Made by a program: the position numbers and the translations under genes
Shown: positions 29,545 to 38,144 of the stretch, piece after piece
How positions within the stretch are numbered: position 1 is the first letter of the stretch
How the letters are laid out: each line of letters starts with the position of its first letter
NCBI GenBank assembly: GCA_965199495.1
Contig: CBDASK010000003.1
Span: 4,032,001 to 4,096,000 of the forward strand
From: Abditibacterium sp.
GTDB taxonomy: Bacteria > Armatimonadota > Abditibacteriia > Abditibacteriales > Abditibacteriaceae
Length of the DNA: 64,000 bases
Direction of reading: 5' to 3'
Notes under the pieces: generated by a model
What the model saw: the letters and a program-made list of their open reading frames with translations, nothing else
Databases searched by the model: none
Told to the model about the DNA's origin: nothing

Positions 29545-30876
29545 ATGACCGATTTGGAAATCACGCTCGCCACATTGCAACAATGGGCCGATGATCCGTC
29601 TTTGATTGACGACAACGCGCGCGCCAAATCTCTCGTCGCCAAAATCCATCGCGAAGGCGCGCGTAATACCAACAAAGCCGCGCGCGATGCGCGACGCAAG
29701 CGAGACCGCGCGAAAATCGAGGCGACGGGCCGCGTGCAAATCGCCACCGATACGACGCGCGCCTTGCCCGCGATTGCGTCATCAAATAATCAACTCGAAC
29801 GCGCGCGCTTTTGTCCGATTTGTCGCGCGCAATTTTCGCAGTTGCATCATTTTTATCACGCTTATTGCCCGCCTTGCGCCGCGTTTAACTGGGGAAAACG
29901 CGAGCAAACCGCCGATTTGTCGGGGCGCATCGCATTAATTACGGGCGGGCGCATCAAAATTGGTTTCGAGTGCGCTTTGAAGTTGTTGCGTGCTGGCAGC
30001 CACGTCGTCGCCACAACGCGCTTCGCCCGCGATGCCGCGCGGCGTTATTCTCTGCAACCCGACTTTGAAGAATGGCGCGACCGCCTCGAAATCGTCGCGC
30101 TCGACTTGCGGTTTTTGCCAGAAGTCGAGCATTTTTGTGCGCATCTCAATCGAACGTTTTCGCATCTCGATATTACAATCAATAACGCCGCGCAAACCAT
30201 CGCGCGCCCACCGCAGTTTTACGCGCACTTGCGCCAAGCGGCGGGGCTTGCGCCCTCTTCCAATCGTGAATCTGCCTTCGCATCAGGATTGGAAGAGGAC
30301 GCAAGCCCCGATCCCGTAAAACTCGCGCTGGCTTCCTTTTTTCCGCCCGACCAATTCGATGCCGACGGCCAGCAACTCGATTTGCGCCCGCGCAATTCGT
30401 GGACGGCGCGTTTGGACGAAATTGAAACGCTCGAAGCCGCCGAAAATTACGTCGTCGGCGCGCTCGCTCCGTTCGTTTTGACGGGCCAATTGCGCGCGCT
30501 TCTTAAACGCAGTCCGCACGCACGCAAATTTGTGATTCAGGCGTCAGCGATGGAAGGCAATTTCTCGCGCCAGAGCAAAACTTCGCGTCATCCGCAGACC
30601 AACATGACCAAGGCCGCGCTCAATATGTTGGTGCGCACCTCAGCGCCCGATTTAGCGCGCGACGGAATTTATTGTAATGCCGTAGATACCGGCTGGATCT
30701 CCGATGAAAATCCGCATCCGACAGCGCAAGATTTGCGCGCCGATGGTTTCGTGCCGCCGCTCGATTGCGTGGATGGCGCCGCGCGTTTACTCGTTCCTAT
30801 TTTTAGTGGGTTGGACGAATTGCGCGAACCGATTTTTGGTTGTTTTCTGAAAGATTATCGCGCGCATTCTTGGTGA
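29545..30876 (+). CDS. SDR family oxidoreductase with N-terminal Cys4 motif
   Basis: CPIC...CPPC; ALITGGRIKIG; INNAAQT; HPQTNMTKAALNM; VDTGW; PPLD; ATG at 29545. Confidence 0.88.
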   Translation: MTDLEITLATLQQWADDPSLIDDNARAKSLVAKIHREGARNTNKAARDARRKRDRAKIEATGRVQIATDTTRALPAIASSNNQLERARFCPICRAQFSQLHHFYHAYCPPCAAFNWGKREQTADLSGRIALITGGRIKIGFECALKLLRAGSHVVATTRFARDAARRYSLQPDFEEWRDRLEIVALDLRFLPEVEHFCAHLNRTFSHLDITINNAAQTIARPPQFYAHLRQAAGLAPSSNRESAFASGLEEDASPDPVKLALASFFPPDQFDADGQQLDLRPRNSWTARLDEIETLEAAENYVVGALAPFVLTGQLRALLKRSPHARKFVIQASAMEGNFSRQSKTSRHPQTNMTKAALNMLVRTSAPDLARDGIYCNAVDTGWISDENPHPTAQDLRADGFVPPLDCVDGAARLLVPIFSGLDELREPIFGCFLKDYRAHSW

Positions 30877-30879
30877 AAA

Positions 30880-31001
30880 TTTAGTCACAAAGGACTACAA
30901 AGAAGCTGGAGGAAATTTGGAATACGAAGAAAATGCTTTCTTGCTCACTTGAAAATTTCCTCCAGCTTCTTTGTAGTCCTTTGTGCCCCTTTGTGGCTAA
31001 A
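30880..31001. repeat. palindromic CACAAAG/CACAGAG-type repeat
   Basis: CACAAAGGACTACAAAGAAGCTGGAGGAAATTT ... AAATTTCCTCCAGCTTCTTTGTAGTCCTTTGTG. Confidence 0.85.
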
Positions 31002-31008
31002 ATAAATT

Positions 31009-32154
31009 ATGTTTCAACCGCCCATTTCCTGTCCCGTCGTGCGCGTGCCTGCCGTCGTGCCGTGCGACGCACGCGAACTCGATGGACTGATCGGGTTTTT
31101 AGAATCTGATGCGCCCATCGAAGAAATTCAAGCGTTCGCGCGTGGCACTTTGCTACCCGATGGCCGACTCGATTTATGCAAACAGAGCGTCGGCGCCGTC
31201 GGTTGTGCGCGCATTGTCGAAGCGCTCCAAAATAATTCGCGCGTCAAAAGCGTTTTGCTCGGCACCGACGCTATCGGCGACCAAGGCGTGTTTGCGGTCG
31301 CGCAATTGGTTGAATCGAACCCGAATCTGGAAGTGATTTATCTCGGTTGCAACAACATTTCATCCGTCGGCGCCGCAGAAATCGCGCGCGTTATGGCGAA
31401 TAATTCGAGCGTCAAAGGTTTGTGGCTCAAGCGCAATCCCATCGGCGGCGACGGCGTGGCTGCCCTCGCGGCGATGCTCCAAACCAACGCGCATTTGCAA
31501 ATTCTCGACATCGTGAATTGCGGTTTTAGCGTCGCATCGTTCGCGCGATTGTGTGAAACGTTGCGCACTGATAATCGCACTCTGACCCGGCTTTACACGG
31601 GCGGCAACGGTTTGGGCGCCGTCAGCGCGGCGCATTTGGGCGAAGTTTTGAACGAGAATAATGCGCTGCAAGGTCTCTTTTTAAACGTTGGCGATCTGGG
31701 CGACGAAGGCACGCAATTTCTCGTCGAAACCTTGAAACCAAGCGCGAGTTTGCGCGATTTGGGTTTGGGTTCTAACGCTATCGGCATCGCCGGTTTGCGC
31801 GCCTTGTCCGAAAATTGCGCCGCGCTCGAATCGCTCGATTTGGGACGTGCCGCTTCGCAAACGGCGCTGGGCGCGAGCGGCAACGATTTCGCGGGCGGCG
31901 GCCAGTTATGCGCCGATTTGATGGATTCAGCGCGCGTTTTACGGCGTTTGAATTTGCGAGGAACGCGATTGAAAACCGACGATTTCGCACCGATATTTGA
32001 CGCGGCAAAGACGCATCCGAATTTATGCGAATTGCAATTGGACGTGCCACTGCGCGCCGATGTCAAAGCGAATCTGGCGGGTAATCGCGCGGCAAATCCC
32101 ATCGCGCGCGAAGCGGGCGTCGAGTTGATTAAAAGCGTTTACCGCACGGCATAA
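31009..32154 (+). CDS. ribonuclease-inhibitor-like leucine-rich repeat protein
   Basis: about 28-aa LxxLxLxxNxI---G repeats (LEVIYLGCNNIS, VKGLWLKRNPIG, LRDLGLGSNAIG). Confidence 0.88.
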   Translation: MFQPPISCPVVRVPAVVPCDARELDGLIGFLESDAPIEEIQAFARGTLLPDGRLDLCKQSVGAVGCARIVEALQNNSRVKSVLLGTDAIGDQGVFAVAQLVESNPNLEVIYLGCNNISSVGAAEIARVMANNSSVKGLWLKRNPIGGDGVAALAAMLQTNAHLQILDIVNCGFSVASFARLCETLRTDNRTLTRLYTGGNGLGAVSAAHLGEVLNENNALQGLFLNVGDLGDEGTQFLVETLKPSASLRDLGLGSNAIGIAGLRALSENCAALESLDLGRAASQTALGASGNDFAGGGQLCADLMDSARVLRRLNLRGTRLKTDDFAPIFDAAKTHPNLCELQLDVPLRADVKANLAGNRAANPIAREAGVELIKSVYRTA

Positions 32155-32165
32155 TTTTCTTTTTT

Positions 32166-32259
32166 GTAGAGACACCGAATTATCGTGTCTAAAACGTATC
32201 GCCTTTCCGAACCTTATGGCGACTCTAATATTTTGGACACGATAAATCGGTGTCTCTAC
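32166..32259. repeat. GTAG-type REP doublet (REPIN-like), copy 1
   Basis: GTAGAGACACCGAATTATCGTGTCT ... GGACACGATAAATCGGTGTCTCTAC. Confidence 0.9.
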
Positions 32260-32333
32260 GGAAGAACTCGCATCACGAAAGAGAGTCGAGAACTTTTTGT
32301 GCCCGTCGCCCCATCCAACTTTAAGAATTGCCC

Positions 32334-32930
32334 ATGAACCTTACAAGTTGGCCCCTAATCCTAAACGCGATGTTGCGGCGTGGCGAATCTGCCGAAACCG
32401 CGCTTTTGCGCCGCGCCCGCGACGGCGAACGTGAAGCGATTTCGATTCTCGTCAATCGTCACCGCACGCGCCTGACGAACTTGGCGTTTCAAATCCTGCG
32501 CGACCGCGAAAGCGCCGAAGATGCCGCGCAGGAAATTTTGTTGCGCACGCTCGACAAATTGCCGACTTTTCGCGGCGAATCCGAGTTTTCCAGTTGGCTC
32601 TACCGCCTGACGCTCAATTTTTGTCTGGAAAAGCGCCGCTTGGATCAACGTCGCGCCGAGATTTTGGCCGAACATTTGGGCGAACCACTCATGGAAATCG
32701 CGTCGCACGAGCGGCAACTCGAAACGCGCGAACTCGTCGAACGCGCGCTCGATGCGTTGTCCGAAGCCCAACGCGTCGCCTTGCTTTTGCGCGAATGGCA
32801 GGGCTTTTCTTACGAAGAAATCGCCGAAATTCTGCAACTGCCGATTGGAACCGTGCGCTCGCGCTTGAGTAAAGCGCGGCGGCAATTCCAAATCGCTTAC
32901 CAAGCGCAGCAAAGCGAGGTGACGATATGA
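32334..32930 (+). CDS. ECF RNA polymerase sigma factor
   Basis: AEDAAQE, FSSWLYR, GFSYEEIAEILQLPIGTVRSRLSKAR. Confidence 0.95.
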   Translation: MNLTSWPLILNAMLRRGESAETALLRRARDGEREAISILVNRHRTRLTNLAFQILRDRESAEDAAQEILLRTLDKLPTFRGESEFSSWLYRLTLNFCLEKRRLDQRRAEILAEHLGEPLMEIASHERQLETRELVERALDALSEAQRVALLLREWQGFSYEEIAEILQLPIGTVRSRLSKARRQFQIAYQAQQSEVTI

Positions 32931-33388
32931 TTTGGCTGTTTCAATTGCAAACCGAGGCTGAAAACGAGTGGCCCGACGAATTGCGCGCCGCCGTGGCTGC
33001 TTATCCGCGCGTGCCCAATTCGCCGCAATTCGAGGCGAATTTCTGGCATCGTCTCGACGCGCGCCGCAGCCACGCCGCCACGTTTCGTGGGAAATGCGAA
33101 CATTTCGCGCAAGTGCAAATCGGCGGATTATGCGTGTGGCGCTTATTGGGTTCCACGATGGCGGGCGCGGCGCTGCCCGCGTTGGGTTTATGTCTGGGAT
33201 TGATATTGTCTGCGCCGACTTCGCGCGCGCCGATTGCATTCGATGTTCCGGCATTTAGTGCGCTGGCGTGGCGCCAGTTAGAGCAACAACAAAGTTGGAA
33301 AACGCCGTGGAAACAGCAAACATTGGCGCTGTGGCTCGATGGCGGAAATGGATTTTCTGGAGGTGCGAAATGCCCAAACGTGGTTTAA
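32927..33388 (+). CDS. probable membrane anti-sigma factor
   Basis: ATGA overlap with sigma gene; single hydrophobic segment. Confidence 0.6.
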   Translation: MIWLFQLQTEAENEWPDELRAAVAAYPRVPNSPQFEANFWHRLDARRSHAATFRGKCEHFAQVQIGGLCVWRLLGSTMAGAALPALGLCLGLILSAPTSRAPIAFDVPAFSALAWRQLEQQQSWKTPWKQQTLALWLDGGNGFSGGAKCPNVV

Positions 33389-35457
33389 TCATTTTAGTAT
33401 TAGTGTGGAGCGTGCTGTTGCTTTTTCCCGCCTTCCAAATTCAGACGCGACGGATGTTGAGGACAACCACCGGAAGTAGCGAACCTTATTACTCCGTCAA
33501 GACGGATTGGGCGGAAATCGCGAAGTCGCATCCCGAAAGCGGGCTATTAGCTTTGGCGCAATTGCAATCCAAAATCAGTCCGCAGCAGAAGGGTTACGAG
33601 AGCGAACTCGATGCTTTAATGGCGCGCTTTCCCAATGACTTGGCATTGCGTCGCGCGTTCCTGATTGACTCCGTGCGGCCCGGCACTCTGGTGCGCGTCA
33701 TTCATTCGGTGCCCGATCTCAAAGCCAATCAAACGGCGAGCAAATCACAGAAACCCGCGCCGCAAATTAACGATGCGCGGCGAAGTTTCATTGCGCGCGC
33801 GGCGCGTCTGGGCGATAGACAGGCGCCAAATGATGCGTTTTTCCCGTGGATGGAAGCGATGGCGCTGTGGAATCGCGACGACGAATTGGGCTTGCGCGCG
33901 CTGGAACGCGCGGCTAAAAAAGCCAATTGGAATGATGGCACTCTGGAAAATCAGCGTGCGCTTTTGCAATTCGCAAACGCGCAAACTCCGCTCGATTGGG
34001 AAGAAAAAATCGCGTTTTCTTACAGCACAATATTCCCACATTACGCGCTGATACGCCAACTCGCGCGCGAAGTGACGTGGAGCGGTTTAGAACATTATAG
34101 GCGCGGTGATAAAGCCGGAGCTTACCGGCGTTGGGACGCGATTTTGAAGGCGAGTAGCGCGTTGCGGCGCGGTCAAAATCGTGGGCCCAATGCGAATTTG
34201 ATCGGTTTGTTGGTGGCCGAGGCGACGGAAAAGCTGGTCTGGGGGACTGTGGCGAGAGAACTCAATCCGCCCCCGAAAACGAGCGGTTCCTTTGATAATG
34301 TCGCTGCTAACACCGCGCGATTGAGCGCTTTTCAAACTCTCGCCAAACGCGACGGTTATGGCGACGTGGCTGCTCTGGTCGCGCGCGAAAACGCGACCTT
34401 TGAGGGGCGCGAATTGAGCCGCCAATTTTCCGACAAATACGATTTTCTGGGCATATATTCGCCCGCACAAATCACGGGCGCCCAGTTATTCTGGGTCGGA
34501 GGTCGCGCTTTTTATCTGGGCGTCGTCGGCGCTTTGGGATTGTTAGTCTGTTTAATTTGGCGCGTGCGCATGGGCGGCGCGCGTTGGTTTAGAGCATCGA
34601 GTTCGCAAATCGCGTTTTTCGGCGCGCTATGGTTGGGCGCTTTGGCGCTCGCCATGTGGGGCCGCGTCCAATCACAATTGCAACTGACCAACGGGCTGAC
34701 CGACAGCGCGACAGTTGTATCCGCACCGTCGTTGCTCCATGATTTTTTCGATAACTCATGGGGGCCGTGGCTCGCTATTTTTGCGACATTCGTGTTGTCA
34801 ATCGCTTTTTTTTACTGGCAAGCGTGGCGCGAGACGAGCCGACTGCAAAAGCAAGTTCTGCCGCCCGACCGAGCAGCCACGGCGGGCGCGTGGTTGCCAA
34901 AATTGAACGCCATCGCATGGATTTCAGTCGCGCTAAACACGCTGGTTATGCTCCTCGCTTCGGGGAGTGAAGCCAGCCGAACTCTCGCTCTAATGCTTTG
35001 GACGGTATGCGCAGTTGCGGCGTTGGGCCTGAATCTCTGGCGCATCGAGCGCGGCGAAAATCCCGCTAAACCGCGCGCGCGATTGGCGCTGATTGGCGTG
35101 GCGTGCGGTTTATTAAGTTTGGGTTTGACCGCGCAATTGGGCGCGCGCAACACTGAAAATATGGGTTACGCCGCAATGGCCAGTTTTTCAGTTACATTCG
35201 CGATTCTGATTTATTGGGCGGCGAATTGGCGCGGCTGGCGCCCGATGTTACCGCGCTCAATCGCCGTCGCACTCCAAACCTTGGGCGGCGTGGCTGTTGT
35301 TTGCTCAGTGATATTTTTAATCGTCTCATTGGCCGCATTACCAATTCGCGCGCGACAAAATCGCATCGTGGACGATTACATCGCGCGCGGCGAAATTGAC
35401 TGGATGCGCAATCAATCCAAATTTCGGAAGGCGAGCGCGGCGGTTGATGAACGATAA
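33370..35457 (+). CDS. multi-pass membrane protein with helical soluble domain
   Basis: GGAGG SD and ATG at 33370; N-terminal TM, about 350-aa soluble region, several C-terminal TMs. Confidence 0.75.
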   Translation: MPKRGLIILVLVWSVLLLFPAFQIQTRRMLRTTTGSSEPYYSVKTDWAEIAKSHPESGLLALAQLQSKISPQQKGYESELDALMARFPNDLALRRAFLIDSVRPGTLVRVIHSVPDLKANQTASKSQKPAPQINDARRSFIARAARLGDRQAPNDAFFPWMEAMALWNRDDELGLRALERAAKKANWNDGTLENQRALLQFANAQTPLDWEEKIAFSYSTIFPHYALIRQLAREVTWSGLEHYRRGDKAGAYRRWDAILKASSALRRGQNRGPNANLIGLLVAEATEKLVWGTVARELNPPPKTSGSFDNVAANTARLSAFQTLAKRDGYGDVAALVARENATFEGRELSRQFSDKYDFLGIYSPAQITGAQLFWVGGRAFYLGVVGALGLLVCLIWRVRMGGARWFRASSSQIAFFGALWLGALALAMWGRVQSQLQLTNGLTDSATVVSAPSLLHDFFDNSWGPWLAIFATFVLSIAFFYWQAWRETSRLQKQVLPPDRAATAGAWLPKLNAIAWISVALNTLVMLLASGSEASRTLALMLWTVCAVAALGLNLWRIERGENPAKPRARLALIGVACGLLSLGLTAQLGARNTENMGYAAMASFSVTFAILIYWAANWRGWRPMLPRSIAVALQTLGGVAVVCSVIFLIVSLAALPIRARQNRIVDDYIARGEIDWMRNQSKFRKASAAVDER

Positions 35458-35461
35458 ATTT

Positions 35462-38023
35462 TTATTGGCTTGCCATCGCCAACGTTTTGGCAATCGCTTG
35501 ACCTCCGTCGTTTCCGACCCATTTGATAAGACCGTCGCGCCCGACGAGGACGTAACGCGCGCCGCGATACAATTGGTGCGATTGGCCCGTAATCCAATCG
35601 GGCCCGTTTTGTTTGGGCAACGGCGCGTCAATGGCGACGGGATAAATTGTGCCCATGTCTCGTGCGCGGTCAACCAAATACTGCTCGCGATTGGCGATCT
35701 CGTTCGCGTCCCAGAACAGGCGCAGCTGTTCAACGCTCACGACTTGCACGCCACGCCCGCTCATCGAGCGCGCAAAATCGTTCAGCGCGCTCGAATGTCC
35801 GTTTAGCCACACGAAATAAAGCAGCGTGACTTTGCCCTGAAACGTTGGCGCTTTGCCGACGAGCCAACGCTGTGCGCGCAGTAGCGGCGCGAGCGTCCCG
35901 ACGAGAGCCGATTGGCTTTTGAGTAAAGTCTTCCCCTGCGCCATGTTACGCCGGTTTTTCGCGGCGTTCGAGCGGTGAAGGCGCGCATCCGTCAATTGAA
36001 ACCGCACGTTGCTGCGTCCGGCGCGCGTCCAAAAGCCATCCCAATATTTGCCTTTTTCGGGCGGGATGACCGAGATTTGCAGTTTCTCGTCGGGCACGTT
36101 GGGCAAATAAAAGCTTCCGTCCGCGCGCGTTTTAGTTTCTTGGCTATCGTCGCCCGGATTAATTGTGCCCGCCAAGAGCATAAACCCGGCGCCTACCGCT
36201 TGGCCATTGGCGCGCGTGATGCGGCCACGCAAAGTTTGATTGAGTGGTTTTAGCGAAACGGGCGCGCGTTTGGTTTCGCCCTGTTGTAGCACGAAAGTGC
36301 GCACGCTTTCCCGTCCGTAACCGTTTTTGCTGACGGTGAAATAGTGCGGCTGAAACGGGCGCAACTTGTCGAAGTGAAAGCGACCTTGTACATCCGTCAT
36401 CATCGTTTTGACCTGACGAGGATAATCTATCTGACCCGTGGCGCTATACCAAACTTTGGCGCCCGCAATTGGCTGGCCCGTCGCGCGATCCGTAATTTGA
36501 CCTTCGACCTGCGCATAAACTTTGGGTTCTATTTTGAGCGTGACATCGTCGCCCTCAAACGCATAAGTGCCGCGCGCCGTCGTCAACTCGCCTTTGCGGG
36601 CGAACAGATTTGCGCTATGTTCGTAGAGATGAAAGCGCCCATTGGCATCGGTGACGAGCGGCCCATTCCAGCCCTTTTCGCCAAACTCCAACGCTTGTGC
36701 GCCGACCTCGGCGCCAGCGACCGGTTTGCCGTCCGGCCCAATAACAATTCCGTTAATTGCTTTCGTCGCCACCGGTTCGGCTTTAGCGACGGCTTTGGTT
36801 TTGGGCAACTCGAACTGAATTTCGCGTTTGTCTCCGTCTTTGAGATTGAATTTATATTCCGATTTTGCGGGCAATCGGAAACCGGGCAATTTCAAATTCG
36901 AGCCAACGCTATGAAGCCGAATGGCGATTGGCCCCGGCGCCACGCGAAATTGAAATTTTCCGCGCGCATCGGTTTTGACGAGGCGCCCATAGCTATCTTG
37001 GTCGGCGGTCAAAACTTCGACGTTTGGAATCGGCTTTTTGCTGGTTTTTGAAACCACGATTCCGTTAATCGTAGCGCCGCGCATCAATTGGAAATCGTAA
37101 CTATTGGTGCCTGCACCAATAGTTACGCGTGATGTCGGTGGCGCGGCCCAATCTTTGGCGAGCTTGTCATCGAGACTCACCGCGATTTTGTATTGGCCCG
37201 GTTTTAAACCTTCAATCGAGTAACTTTTGTTGGCGTCCGTCGAACTGTTGACCGAGTGGGCGAAATTGAGCGAAGTTGCGGGCGAAACAAAGACCGTAGG
37301 GGTTGCTCTTTGGCCATTGGGAAACGAAACTTTGCCCGTCAATCGCCCCTTTTTCCCAATGCTCGCGGGTTTTATTGAAGTCTCAATTTCGATCTCGCGC
37401 TTCGCATTGATTTTAACCGGCAGAAAAACGAGGTTAGCCGCATCGATTTTCACATCTTTGTCCGAATCGCGATAATTTGGCGGAGTAACCGTTAGTTTCG
37501 CGGCTGTGGCTGTGCTGTTCCAATGAAAGCCCAGTTCCGCACTTTCGCTATAGTTTTTGATTTCCGTATTGACGAACGAAAACTTACTTTTGAAAAGATC
37601 GGGCGGCGCGATTTTGTTATCCCGTTGAAGCCACAACATCGCCTGACCCGCGTTCGCTCGCAAAAGAAATTTGCCCTGCGCATTCGTTTTGGTCTGGGTG
37701 AACTTGCCCTTACTATCGCGCAGTTGAACGATCTGTCCAGCGAGCGGAACCGTTGAGCCTCGGTAAAACACGACGCCGTGAATCAAGCCGACGGTTGATT
37801 TTACGGTTTCCGCTTCATTTTGCGCCCGCGCCGTCAGCCGCAACGGCACGACCGCCGCGAACGAAACGAGCAACGCCGCGCCCAGCAGCCACGCCGCCCG
37901 GCGCCGTGGCTGCATCGGGGCGCGGCCCAAGCGTTTGAGTCGCGTTGATAACGTGAAATAATCATCCGAAACGCCCAGCGTGAGCGGGTAGGAATCGTTG
38001 AAGTTAAATTTGGGGAATTTCAT
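35462..38023 (-). CDS. membrane-anchored carboxypeptidase-regulatory-like repeat protein with Cys-less thioredoxin-like C-terminus; truncated paralog of the upstream M56 gene
   Basis: G-V---G-P--GA-V and TD--GRF repeats; N-terminus matches the tail of the upstream M56 domain. Confidence 0.8.
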   Translation of the reverse strand: MKFPKFNFNDSYPLTLGVSDDYFTLSTRLKRLGRAPMQPRRRAAWLLGAALLVSFAAVVPLRLTARAQNEAETVKSTVGLIHGVVFYRGSTVPLAGQIVQLRDSKGKFTQTKTNAQGKFLLRANAGQAMLWLQRDNKIAPPDLFKSKFSFVNTEIKNYSESAELGFHWNSTATAAKLTVTPPNYRDSDKDVKIDAANLVFLPVKINAKREIEIETSIKPASIGKKGRLTGKVSFPNGQRATPTVFVSPATSLNFAHSVNSSTDANKSYSIEGLKPGQYKIAVSLDDKLAKDWAAPPTSRVTIGAGTNSYDFQLMRGATINGIVVSKTSKKPIPNVEVLTADQDSYGRLVKTDARGKFQFRVAPGPIAIRLHSVGSNLKLPGFRLPAKSEYKFNLKDGDKREIQFELPKTKAVAKAEPVATKAINGIVIGPDGKPVAGAEVGAQALEFGEKGWNGPLVTDANGRFHLYEHSANLFARKGELTTARGTYAFEGDDVTLKIEPKVYAQVEGQITDRATGQPIAGAKVWYSATGQIDYPRQVKTMMTDVQGRFHFDKLRPFQPHYFTVSKNGYGRESVRTFVLQQGETKRAPVSLKPLNQTLRGRITRANGQAVGAGFMLLAGTINPGDDSQETKTRADGSFYLPNVPDEKLQISVIPPEKGKYWDGFWTRAGRSNVRFQLTDARLHRSNAAKNRRNMAQGKTLLKSQSALVGTLAPLLRAQRWLVGKAPTFQGKVTLLYFVWLNGHSSALNDFARSMSGRGVQVVSVEQLRLFWDANEIANREQYLVDRARDMGTIYPVAIDAPLPKQNGPDWITGQSHQLYRGARYVLVGRDGLIKWVGNDGGQAIAKTLAMASQ

Positions 38024-38042
38024 AGTCAATTTGGGTTTGACC

Positions 38043-38137
38043 GTAGAGACGCCGATTTATCGCGTCTAAAACGTCTCGCTTGCCGTAATATCGAAGCGAA
38101 TCATTACGTTTTAGATGCGATAAATCGGTGTCTCTAC
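38043..38137. repeat. GTAG-type REP doublet, copy 2
   Basis: GTAGAGACGCCGATTTATCGCGTCT ... AGATGCGATAAATCGGTGTCTCTAC. Confidence 0.9.
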
Positions 38138-38144
38138 GGCATGT

